Source: Armatimonadota bacterium (lineage in GTDB: Bacteria; Armatimonadota; SYMT01). From it: a DNA stretch of 64,000 nt. A model generated the notes under the pieces. The model was not told where the DNA came from. It saw only the letters and a program-made list of their open reading frames with translations, and searched no databases. The position numbers were made by a program, and so were the translations under genes. Of the stretch, positions 8,398 through 17,615 are shown piece by piece (the first letter of the stretch is position 1; each line of letters opens with the position of its first letter). The DNA lies in assembly GCA_041690135.1 (NCBI GenBank), contig JAWLHY010000010.1, positions 256,001 to 320,000 on the forward strand, in the 5' to 3' direction.

Positions 8398-9728
8398 CTT
8401 GGGTTCTCCGGGTAGACCTGGGTGCGGAAGACGCTCCGCTGGAAGGCCAGGTACTCGTCCTTAGTCATGCGGGGACGGTCCGTCTCGAGAATCCGGTTCG
8501 CGTGCTCGGCCCCGCCACTCAACAGGTCCACGGCCAGCATCGCCAACGATTTCGCCGGCGCGAGATAGCCGTCTTGCGGGTCGGCGATGTGCCACTCGCG
8601 GCTGTGCACGTCCCCGAAACCTCCCGCCATGCTCGGATGGAGCGCCGGCATAATGTAGGACAGATCGCCCATGTCCGTGCTGCCGGTCCCGTGCCCGGTG
8701 TCGCGCACCTGGTCCGGCGCGAACAGGTATTCCCCCGCGTTCTGTTTGAACAGCTCCGCCATGGAGCGGTTGTTGATCAGCGGGAAGTACCCAGGCAGGG
8801 TGCGGATCTCTACCTGCGCGCCCAACGCCAGCGCGCCGGCCTGGAGAGCGCGGTCCACTTTGCGCTCGGCGTCGAGGATCGCCTCGGTAGTCTTACCACG
8901 CACGTAGGTCTCCATGCGGACTTCCGCCGGGATGATGTTCACGATGTCGCCGCCGTGCGTGATGATGGGGTGCACCCGGATGGCATCGTGATCGCGGAAC
9001 GTCTCGCGCTGGGCGTTGATCGCGGTCAGGCCCACCATCGCGGCGCTCAGGGCGTTCACCCCCTTGTGGGGCGCCACTCCCGCGTGCGCCGCCCGCCCCA
9101 TGTAGCGGATGAGCTTGACCACGCACCCATTGCAGCTCTCGTTGACCAGAACCTTGGCTTCCGGATTGCCGCTGGTGTGGATCATACAGGCCATATCGAC
9201 GTCGTCGAAGTGGCCCAGACGCACCAGCTCCGGCTTTCCGCCGAGGAACTCCAGCGTCCCGTCCTGGACCAGCCGCGCCCGGTATTCGACCTCCACATAC
9301 TCTTCCGCGGGAACTGCGAAGAAGACCAGGTTACCGGACAGATGCTCGATGGCGCCGGTCTCCACGATCGCCCGCGCCGCCCCCAGCATCCCCGCAATCT
9401 GCGCGTTGTGACCGCACGCGTGGGCGGCGCCCGTCTCGGGGTTCGCCTGCGGGTGGTCCCACAGCACCAGCGAGTCCAACTCCCCGATCAGCGCCACCGT
9501 GGGCCCTGGGCGTCCGGAGCGCAGCACCGCCTTCACGCCGGTGATCGCCAGCCCCTCCTGCGGCTCCAACCCCATCCGGCGGAACTCCTGGGCCACCTGT
9601 TTCGCTGTCCGGTGCTCCTTGAAGCCGAGCTCCGGATGGCGCATGATGTCTTCACCGATCTCGATGATCTCCGACCCGCGGCGGTCCACCGCCTCGCAGA
9701 GTTGGAGCTTCAGGGCGTGCTTGTCCAT
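8394..9728 (-). CDS. M20 family amidohydrolase
   Basis: HPELGFKE, GELDSL, HACGHN, PAEE, AHAG, GSTDMGD; start set at MDKHAL. Confidence 0.9.
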   Translation of the reverse strand: MDKHALKLQLCEAVDRRGSEIIEIGEDIMRHPELGFKEHRTAKQVAQEFRRMGLEPQEGLAITGVKAVLRSGRPGPTVALIGELDSLVLWDHPQANPETGAAHACGHNAQIAGMLGAARAIVETGAIEHLSGNLVFFAVPAEEYVEVEYRARLVQDGTLEFLGGKPELVRLGHFDDVDMACMIHTSGNPEAKVLVNESCNGCVVKLIRYMGRAAHAGVAPHKGVNALSAAMVGLTAINAQRETFRDHDAIRVHPIITHGGDIVNIIPAEVRMETYVRGKTTEAILDAERKVDRALQAGALALGAQVEIRTLPGYFPLINNRSMAELFKQNAGEYLFAPDQVRDTGHGTGSTDMGDLSYIMPALHPSMAGGFGDVHSREWHIADPQDGYLAPAKSLAMLAVDLLSGGAEHANRILETDRPRMTKDEYLAFQRSVFRTQVYPENPS

Positions 9729-10749
9729 CGTCCGATTCGCTTTCTCCCGACACTTGCCCGCAAGAAGACCGCGGGAAGACAGGAAAGGGTTAGGCCCAGT
9801 CCCCTGCCAATCCTGCCTGAACCCCGCCAGGACAGGGCCGGTTCCGTGGGAAGGAATAGGATGGACAGGATGGGAAGGATGAGGGAAGGTGCCTCGAGAC
9901 TGGCTGGGTGTTCGGGAGGGAGCACAGGGCGGGTACCCACGCATTGGCTTCAGCATTCGCGACTGTAATAAACGATGGGTTTGGGAGGTAACACAGGACC
10001 TCGTCGTCGGTTGCGGTACAAACCCACCGTGAATCGCACCAGTCAATGATAGCGGCCGCTCCTGTACTGCCGACTCACCTCGCGATCAGCGCCTAACGCA
10101 CCATTCGTGGCGACGGATTACCCTGCAGCGAGGGAAGTTGCCGTTACCGGACCGATAGCCCGCCCCCATTAACTGCCCGGGGGATGGAGCCGCCAGCCGG
10201 TACGCATCACGGACCACGGTTCACGGGCTTCGCGGCCGGCTTGGGGTTCCCGGATTTCGATAACAGCAGCAGTTACTGCGCCCGAGATCTCTGCCCCCTA
10301 CCCCCAATCCCTGACCCAGGCGTAGCCCTGGTTTGAATGCCTGATGTGGCATCCCTCCGGGTGCGACCGACCGCATCCGTGCCTGGGAGTGCTCCAGCCA
10401 GGCTCGGAGCTCGCCAAACCCGTGCCTGGGACCTGCTTTCGCAAATGGGAGTCGAACCCCGAAACCGGGCTCATTTGCGAAAGGATTTCGCCCAGATCAC
10501 CGGAGACCGAGTGTATCCGCAGACACTTCCGTGAAAAGACCCTGGGTAACGACGACTTCCCTGACCAGGGGGCTGGCCGCGTCGCTTACGGGATCAGGTG
10601 CAACGAGCCTACTGCTTCGACATGCGCTCATCAAACTCCAAAAAGATGCTGCAGACCTATCACTCCTCGCCATGACGTGCGTGGTCACGGCCTGGTGTTC
10701 CAGGACCGTCGGGACGAATTGGCGGAAACACGGAATTTGCCCTGGCGAG

Positions 10750-10780
10750 AAAAAGGCCGGCCGATGTTACTCGGTCGGCC
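10750..10780 (-). terminator. Intrinsic terminator after DUF1501 gene
   Basis: Minus strand GGCCGACCGA-6nt-TCGGCCGGCC then TTTTT. Confidence 0.75.
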
Positions 10781-10833
10781 GTTCCTCTTCTCTTGGCGTC
10801 CATTGCGCCTTGGCGGTGAAGTACCCGCCCAGC

Positions 10834-12195
10834 CTACAACAGTTCGTGCAGGGGCTCCGTTCCCAGGGGCAGCAGGCGGACCGGGTGGCCTTCCGGACCG
10901 GGGAGGCGGGTGTCGAGCGAGACGCCCAGGGAGCGGTAGACTGTGGCCGCCAGCATGCCCGGATCGACGGGGCGCAGGGCCGGCGCCGCACCTTCGGCAT
11001 CGGAAGCGCCCACGACCACGCCGCCGCGGATCCCGCCGCCACCGAGCATCACCGACCAGCAGCCGGTGTGGTGGTCGCGGCCGCCGTGGGCGTTGATCCG
11101 GGGCGAGCGCCCGAACTCCGTGAAACAGCAGACCAGCGTGTCCTCGTACAGGCCGCGGTCGACCAGGTCCTGGATCAGCGTGGCGATGGCCCGGTCGAAG
11201 TCGGGCGCCACGTGATCCACCAGGTCCTGCACGCGGGTGGGCAGGTCCGGGTAGCCGTGGCAGTCCCAGGTGTGCGCGTGGAAAAGGGTGTCGAACTGGT
11301 TGACGGTGACGAACCGGGTACCGTGCTCCACCAGCCTACGGGCCAGGAGGCAGCTCTGCCCGAATGTGCTGCGGCCGTAGCGGTCGCGGACCGCCGGCTT
11401 TTCCTTCGCGAGATCGAAGGCGGCGGTGGTGCTAACAGCGGCGCGCACGGCCGGGGCTGCCTCCGCTTCCAGTGCGGCGGAGGCCACTTCCGGTGCGTGC
11501 AGCGCCTGTCGCAATTGCGAGCGGAGAGCGCCGCGGTCCCGCGCGGAAGCCCGGTCCGAGGTCGGGAGCGGCTGGTTCAGGAGCGCCGAAAGGGAGTAAC
11601 CCGCGGCGGCCGGATCGCCCACGGCGAGAAATGGATCGAGGGTGCGGCCCAGGAAGCCCGCGTCCTGCCCGCGCCGGAGCGGCACGCCGGTATCCAGAAT
11701 CGGGTGCGGCAGCACCACGTGGGTGGGCGCGGAACCGCGAGGGCCGGACAGGTGCGCCATCACGGCGCCGAGGTGCGGCCATTCGAGGCCCTCCGCGGAG
11801 AGGTTGCCGGTTTGCATCCACTCCAGGCCCGTCTCGTGAATCGGAGCCGCCGTGTGGTAGACCGAACGCACGAGTGCGTACCGGTGCGCTTGCCGGGCCA
11901 GGCGCGGCAGGATCTCGGAAACGCGGATACCGGGAACGGAGGTCTCGATCGGCCGGAACGGACCCCGAACTTCTGCGGGAGCTTCCGGCTTCGGGTCCCA
12001 GGTGTCCAGATGCGGCATACCGCCAACGCCCACGATGAAGATGCAGTTCTTCACCTTACTGCCGGTGAACGCGCTTGCGGCGCGGGCCGCCTCGGGCAAC
12101 CCTAGTGCCAGGCCTGCCAGGCCCGCCGAGCCCGCTTGCAACACCTCGCGCCGCGTCCACGGCTGGAGCTGTTCCTGGTCCGATTCCTGATGCAT
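10834..12195 (-). CDS. DUF1501 family protein, Tat signal
   Basis: TRREVLQAG, GGMPHLDTWDPKP, YGRSTFGQSCLLARRLVE, WDCH, EFGRSP, GRDH. Confidence 0.9.
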   Translation of the reverse strand: MHQESDQEQLQPWTRREVLQAGSAGLAGLALGLPEAARAASAFTGSKVKNCIFIVGVGGMPHLDTWDPKPEAPAEVRGPFRPIETSVPGIRVSEILPRLARQAHRYALVRSVYHTAAPIHETGLEWMQTGNLSAEGLEWPHLGAVMAHLSGPRGSAPTHVVLPHPILDTGVPLRRGQDAGFLGRTLDPFLAVGDPAAAGYSLSALLNQPLPTSDRASARDRGALRSQLRQALHAPEVASAALEAEAAPAVRAAVSTTAAFDLAKEKPAVRDRYGRSTFGQSCLLARRLVEHGTRFVTVNQFDTLFHAHTWDCHGYPDLPTRVQDLVDHVAPDFDRAIATLIQDLVDRGLYEDTLVCCFTEFGRSPRINAHGGRDHHTGCWSVMLGGGGIRGGVVVGASDAEGAAPALRPVDPGMLAATVYRSLGVSLDTRLPGPEGHPVRLLPLGTEPLHELL

Positions 12196-12431
12196 TTCGT
12201 CTCTTCCTCCGGCCCGCCAGTGCCCTCGTCGCTTGCAGTTCGCACCGCTACCGCGCAAGCGTTCGCCCGCTTAAGCCGCGACACGGCCTCGCTATTATAC
12301 CTGTCGGTCGGAGGAGAGGAAGTGGCCCGCGTCACATGCGGGCAGTTCTTTCGGGTCGCCCCAGGGAGGGAACCGGCATGGATGAGGGGTTGCGCCCCAC
12401 CCATGCTCCAGAGATCTTCCGCCGGAGAGGT

Positions 12432-13193
12432 CTACTTGGGAATCCGGGCGACCACCGTCTCGCGGACGGCATCCAGCTTCTTTCCCGGCACTCCCAGCGC
12501 CAGCAGGGCGGTACGAGCCATCAGCTCGTTCCCGGCCGGAGAGAGATGGACCTGGTCCGTGGTCAGCTTGACCGAGGGGCTCTGGGCCCACGCGGTATGG
12601 AAGGCGGCATTCTGGTCCGCCACGCGCGCGCCGTACCGGGCCGCCAGCTCCCGCAGCGCCCGATTGTACTGGTAAATGCGCAGGTTACGGATGCTTTCGG
12701 CCTGGTCTTCAAAGACCGTGGTCGTGAAGAGCACCACGTCCACGTCCGCCTTCCGGGCCGCCTGGAGCATCGCCTCCACGTTCCGGGTGTACTCTTCCAG
12801 GGGTACGCGGCGGGGACCGTAACCCGCGGGATGTTCCTTGGTGAAGCCGTGCCACACGTCGTTGATACCAACGCTGATGGTCACGAGATCCGGCTTCTTG
12901 TCCAGCACGTCCTTCTGGAAACGGCCGAGCATGTCGTTGCTCTTGTGACCGCTGATCCCCGCGTTGACGATTTCGATCTTCCGGTTGGGGTACAGCACCT
13001 GCAGGTACTGGTCCATGAGCCAGACATAACCTCCGGGGCGCCCTCCACCCTGGGTGATGCTATCGCCTAGGGTCACTATCCGCTTCACCTGCGTCAGCTT
13101 GCGCGGCCCCTCCGCGGAGGCAGGAGCGGGGTTGGACCAGGCGGCGACGAAAGTGAAAGCGGTGAAGAGGAGTGCTAACGGGGTCCTGTACAT
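12432..13193 (-). CDS. Secreted SGNH/GDSL hydrolase
   Basis: Signal peptide, LGDSIT, NAGISG, GINDV, DQVH. Confidence 0.92.
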   Translation of the reverse strand: MYRTPLALLFTAFTFVAAWSNPAPASAEGPRKLTQVKRIVTLGDSITQGGGRPGGYVWLMDQYLQVLYPNRKIEIVNAGISGHKSNDMLGRFQKDVLDKKPDLVTISVGINDVWHGFTKEHPAGYGPRRVPLEEYTRNVEAMLQAARKADVDVVLFTTTVFEDQAESIRNLRIYQYNRALRELAARYGARVADQNAAFHTAWAQSPSVKLTTDQVHLSPAGNELMARTALLALGVPGKKLDAVRETVVARIPK

Positions 13194-13208
13194 GTTGGGG
13201 TTCCCAAT

Positions 13209-14051
13209 TCAAAGTTCGTTGCGCTCCGCCAGGCGACGGAGGTTGTCCAGATGTTCTCGCACCGTATCTCCGTCCGGCGCTCCCGGGCAGCGGGAGAGAT
13301 AGTTCCGCAGGTGATGAACGGCGCGGTCCACCTGGCGCGCGCCCAGGAGCAAGTAACCGAGGTCGCGCTCGTGCATGGCGTTGCCCGGTTCCACGAGCAA
13401 GACCTTCTCCGTGGCGACGGCCGCCCGCTGGTACTCGCGCTTCTGAGTGTGGACCAGCCGGATGTTGTTCAGCATCCGCACGAGTACGGAGCGAGGGTCC
13501 GCCGGCCGCAGGTGTTCCTGGATGCGGTCGGGCCGCGCCCCGGTGGCGATCAACCAGCGCTGCGCGAGTTCCTCATCGTCCAGGATCAGGCCACCGTGAA
13601 AGGGGTCGATCGTCAGAACGCCCTCTGCGGTAGCATATCCCAGCAGAAAATGGCCGGGGAAATTGATGCTGTAGAGGGGCCAATCCAAACGCCGGGCGGC
13701 GCCGAGCACCACGGCACCGAGGCTGATGGGAATGCCGAGTTTCCGGTCCAGGACCTCATTGAGGTAGCTGTTCCGGACATCGTAGTACTCTTCCCGATTG
13801 CCGTGAAACGCTTCCTCTTCGAACAGCACACGGCGCAGCGCTACCAGACGAGCCCGGGCATCACCTACCTGCCCGGGAGCCAGGGAGGCGGCCCGCGCGG
13901 CGTACTCGTTCAAGACCGCCTCGTAACGAGCCGGATCCAGCTCCGGATATTCGTCGACGGCCAGCAACAACGCTGCCCGGTCGAGGGGAAACGGTCGCCG
14001 GTCTTCCCGGAGCAAGCGAACCAGTTCCGCGCGCGCCTCCGCAGGGCTCAC
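13209..14051 (-). CDS. SirB1/YchA-like transglutaminase-core + TPR protein
   Basis: FHGNREEYYDVRNSYLNEVLDRKLGIPISL, FPGHFL, IDPFHGG, RMLNN, RDLG. Confidence 0.9.
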   Translation of the reverse strand: MSPAEARAELVRLLREDRRPFPLDRAALLLAVDEYPELDPARYEAVLNEYAARAASLAPGQVGDARARLVALRRVLFEEEAFHGNREEYYDVRNSYLNEVLDRKLGIPISLGAVVLGAARRLDWPLYSINFPGHFLLGYATAEGVLTIDPFHGGLILDDEELAQRWLIATGARPDRIQEHLRPADPRSVLVRMLNNIRLVHTQKREYQRAAVATEKVLLVEPGNAMHERDLGYLLLGARQVDRAVHHLRNYLSRCPGAPDGDTVREHLDNLRRLAERNEL

Positions 14052-14057
14052 GCCGGG

Positions 14058-14156
14058 TTACTTCTTGGCCGGGGTCGCGGCCTTCTTCTGCGCCTTCTGG
14101 GCTTTCTCCCGGCGGTGCCGCCGTCGCTTGATTTCACGGGATCGCTCGCTCGCCAT
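14058..14156 (-). CDS. 32-aa highly basic small protein (resembles DUF6800)
   Basis: SD GAGGAG before ATG; MASERSREIKRRRHRREKAQKAQKKAATPAKK*; below the ORF-track cut-off. Confidence 0.75.
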   Translation of the reverse strand: MASERSREIKRRRHRREKAQKAQKKAATPAKK

Positions 14157-14336
14157 AGAATCTCCTCATCGCACTGCGATAACGACGGATGCCGAGAGCG
14201 GCACCCGCTTCTAAACTCATACCCTTTGGCGGCTACTCCCGTCAATCCCTCCCCACGACCGCCGAGATGCCATGGCGGAGGCGGACATTTATCCGTGGCT
14301 GGAGGAGAGTGCGGGTTTCTTAGCCAACGTCGGCGT

Positions 14337-14957
14337 GTGACGGATACGGTTCAGGACCCCGCGCGTGGGGAGACGCGTTCTCCGCTGGTCGCCGTGCTCC
14401 AACTCTGGCTGTTCCTCGCGGTGGTGGGTCAACTCATGCACCTGGCGGGCTGGCCGATGCGGATCACGGGCGATGCCGTTTCCCGTACCCCATCCGTGCT
14501 GGTCGCCCTGTTGCGGCTGAGTATCTACCTGGCCCTGGCCTACGGGCTGCACGAGCGCAGCGGAACGGCCTGGGCGGCCCTCACGCTGGAGCTTACACGC
14601 AGTTTCCTGCAGTTCTGGATGCCCATCGTTCAGGATGAAAGCGGCCTGGGAGGCAGTTTCTACCCGGCGGGCTGGGTGCAAGGCCTGCTTTCCGCCCTAC
14701 TGCCGGCGCTGGGGGTCGTCAGTATTGCCCTCGACCGGGGTTGGAGCCCGGGGCTGCATCTGGAAGCACTAACGGCCACGGCTGCGTATCTTTCCTCGGG
14801 AATTGCGCTGATGGCCGCGTCGCGATTGTTGCAGCACTCCCGCGAGTTCGGGATCGGCAAGCGCGGACGGCTCGCGGTACTGCTCTCCCACGGCTTACCG
14901 CTGGTGCTGTTGCTCACCGCCGGCGAGCGCCTGGCACTCTTCGTCTCACCCCCATGA
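14337..14957 (+). CDS. Hypothetical multi-pass membrane protein
   Basis: Hydrophobic C-terminal part of ORF 13251..14957; start uncertain. Confidence 0.6.
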   Translation: MTDTVQDPARGETRSPLVAVLQLWLFLAVVGQLMHLAGWPMRITGDAVSRTPSVLVALLRLSIYLALAYGLHERSGTAWAALTLELTRSFLQFWMPIVQDESGLGGSFYPAGWVQGLLSALLPALGVVSIALDRGWSPGLHLEALTATAAYLSSGIALMAASRLLQHSREFGIGKRGRLAVLLSHGLPLVLLLTAGERLALFVSPP

Positions 14958-15514
14958 TGAAGCAATCGCGGTTCGATTACGGACCCACGGCCGGAGCCTC
15001 CTGGCTGGGGTTGGCCTATGTTTACAGCGGAATCTTCTGGTTGTGGGCATTCTGGGTCGCCGCGCGAGAAGGGAACGGCGGTGGGGCCGCACTTTTCGCC
15101 TTCCGCCTGGTGGGCACGCTGGGCCTGGGAGTAGGCCTTTGCGCGGCGGAACGCTGGGCCTGGGCGGCGATGACGGTCCACCTGGCGCTCCACGGCGTCG
15201 CCGCCGGCCTGCTGGCGCTCACCTCTGCCGGGGCTCTTGCCACCCGACCGGCAAACGTCTTATCCTGGCAGCCGGTGTTCCTGGGCCTGACCAGCGCCGA
15301 AACCACGCAAGTCCTGGGGGCGAGTGCCTTTCTGGCGCTGGTTGCGGCAACCGGTATCAGCGTGCTCTGGAAAGCGCAGGCGCACTTCGACATCCCCCAT
15401 CGTCGACCGTTCACCTTCCTCACCCGCCTGGGAATCGTGCCGGCGCTCTTCCTCGCCGGTCTGGACGCCGTACTGCTTTTCGGCTGGTGGAAAGACAGCG
15501 CCGGAATGCGGTGA
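14954..15514 (+). CDS. Hypothetical multi-pass membrane protein
   Basis: ATGA overlap with previous gene; several TM segments. Confidence 0.65.
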   Translation: MMKQSRFDYGPTAGASWLGLAYVYSGIFWLWAFWVAAREGNGGGAALFAFRLVGTLGLGVGLCAAERWAWAAMTVHLALHGVAAGLLALTSAGALATRPANVLSWQPVFLGLTSAETTQVLGASAFLALVAATGISVLWKAQAHFDIPHRRPFTFLTRLGIVPALFLAGLDAVLLFGWWKDSAGMR

Positions 15515-15687
15515 TAGAGTTACGGATAGCCGCGCAACGGAGGCTTACGTGAGGGGACCGGCGAAGTTGGGTAGATAAGGGCCAGTCCCTGTAAGGATGG
15601 CTCGGTGGCAGGCGTGCCGGTTCATCTCCGTCATGCGTGCAGGCACCGGCCGCAACCACCAGCCGCATCCACACGATCGATTGACTT

Positions 15688-17490
15688 ATGACTGACGGCA
15701 TCCGTCTCCTGCTGCCGATCCTGATCGGTTACCTCCTCGGCTCGATCCCGTTCGGATACGTGATCGTCAAGCTGATGCGAGGCATCGACATCCGGGACTA
15801 CGGCTCTCATAACATCGGGGCCACGAACGTCCTCCGGGTCGTCGGGTGGTTCCCCGCTCTCCTCACTTTGCTGGGCGATATCGGCAAGGGAGCAGCCCCG
15901 GCGATCATCGCCTGTCAGCCGTGGTTCTCGGATGGGCAGACCAACCCCTGGATCGTGGTGCTTGCCTGCCTGGGAGCCATCTGGGGACACGCCTACTCCG
16001 CCTTCTTTTACCTGAAGGAGCGGCAGTTCGCTCGCGGCAAAGCCGTGGCTACGGGCCTGGGCGCGGTGATCGGTTTCGTGCTCGCGGGACAGGTCCCGTG
16101 GATGGTGCTGGCTTCCGTCTTCGGCGCCTGGGTCCTTTGCGTGGCCGGCCCCAAGTTGCTGACCCGCAGATACGGCTGGGTGTCCCTTGCATCCATTGTC
16201 GCCGCCGTTGTGCTTCCCATCGCCATGGCGGCGTTCGGGGCCTCTCTGCCCTACATCCTGTTCGGCGTGGCGGCCGCCGTCTTCGTCGTGTGGAAGCACA
16301 AGGAGAATATCGGGCGCCTGCTCGACGGAGTGGAACCGCGCCTGGGGGAACGCGTCCCCCTGGCGGGAGTAGATGAGGACGAAGTTTCCTGCGCGTTCCT
16401 GATCCATGCCATCACCCCGGATGACTGGTGGCAAACGCGCCGCTTCTCCTGGGCCCTCGGTCTCTACCGGGCCGGCCTCCTCCCGCTGGGGGTGATGAAA
16501 CGCCTGATGCTGCTGGTCCGCCCGATGAAGCTGGACACCATTCGCGGGATCCGGGTGACCGACGGGCGCACCGTACAGGTCCACCTGGTCTGCGTTCCTT
16601 TCCTGCCGGAGCAGATCAAGGCGCACCCGAAGCTCGCCGTGAAGCGCGCCGTGCAGGGAGCTCGCCTGGCGAAAGAGTTGGGGGCCCGCTGTTTTGGACT
16701 GGGCGCGTACTGGAGCGTGGTGGGCAACAAGGGGCTGGAGGTTCAGGCCCAGGCTCCTTTCATCCCCGTCACCAATGGCGGCGCCTACACAGCGGGCACC
16801 GTGAAGCAGGCCGTCCCGATGGTTTTCACGAAGCTGACCGGGCGCGGGATCGACCCCGCCGGTTCCACCGCCGCCATTGTGGGGGCGAACGGCGTTGTCG
16901 GCTTCGGGATCTGCCGACAGCTTGTCGGCCGGGTCGCCCGCCTGATCATGGTGGGGACAGACCTGGAACGGCTGGAGAAGTCCGTGGCGCTCCTTCGCCG
17001 CCGGGCGGAGAAGGCCGGGACGGAGATCATCACCACCACCGAAATTGCGGCCTGTAAGGAGGCGGACATGATCTTCACCGCCACTTCCACGGTGGAACCG
17101 GTCCTGTATCCCGATCACGTGCGCGACAACGCCGTGATCTACGACCTGGGCCGGCCGGCGGACGTGGCGGAGAGCGTCCTGTTCATGCCGGACGTGACCG
17201 TCATCCCCGGCGGTGTGGTACGTCCGCCCGGCGAGATCGAGCAGCATGTGGACATCCATTTTGGGGAAGGATGCGTGCCTGCCTGCCTGGCGGAAACGGT
17301 GCTGATCGCACTGGAGTGTTGTTACGACCGGGTGAGCCTGGGGGACGGCACGCGCTCCGAGAACATCGACCACTTTGTGGAACAGGCAGAGCGCCACGGC
17401 TTCCAGGTGGTGGATGAAGCGGCGCGCCCGGCTCCGAAGGCGGTCGTGGTTCGAGCTCCGTTCCCTCTCCTGGGCCGCGGCGCCCGTTAA
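15688..17490 (+). CDS. plsY: PlsY acyltransferase fused to a COG5322/acyl-ACP-reductase-like NAD(P)-binding domain
   Basis: N-term GYLLGSIPFG, GSHNIGATN, KHKENIGRL; C-term AFLIH, GLGAYWSVVG, VGANGVVG, ACLAET. Confidence 0.85.
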   Translation: MTDGIRLLLPILIGYLLGSIPFGYVIVKLMRGIDIRDYGSHNIGATNVLRVVGWFPALLTLLGDIGKGAAPAIIACQPWFSDGQTNPWIVVLACLGAIWGHAYSAFFYLKERQFARGKAVATGLGAVIGFVLAGQVPWMVLASVFGAWVLCVAGPKLLTRRYGWVSLASIVAAVVLPIAMAAFGASLPYILFGVAAAVFVVWKHKENIGRLLDGVEPRLGERVPLAGVDEDEVSCAFLIHAITPDDWWQTRRFSWALGLYRAGLLPLGVMKRLMLLVRPMKLDTIRGIRVTDGRTVQVHLVCVPFLPEQIKAHPKLAVKRAVQGARLAKELGARCFGLGAYWSVVGNKGLEVQAQAPFIPVTNGGAYTAGTVKQAVPMVFTKLTGRGIDPAGSTAAIVGANGVVGFGICRQLVGRVARLIMVGTDLERLEKSVALLRRRAEKAGTEIITTTEIAACKEADMIFTATSTVEPVLYPDHVRDNAVIYDLGRPADVAESVLFMPDVTVIPGGVVRPPGEIEQHVDIHFGEGCVPACLAETVLIALECCYDRVSLGDGTRSENIDHFVEQAERHGFQVVDEAARPAPKAVVVRAPFPLLGRGAR

Positions 17491-17615
17491 CGCCACCGCG
17501 TAACCTCAACGCTAAGGACGACGTTTGGAAGGACGGGCGAGACCGTCGACCCAATGGGCTCGCAGGTCTCGCCCGGACCCGAATCCGTATCCAGCAAGAG
17601 CGCGAGGTTTCCCCC

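Noticed and set aside
15560-15640. SAM-I-like AGGGACTGGCCC on the minus strand
   Set aside because: Other SAM-I elements are absent and the orientation is opposite to the flanking genes.
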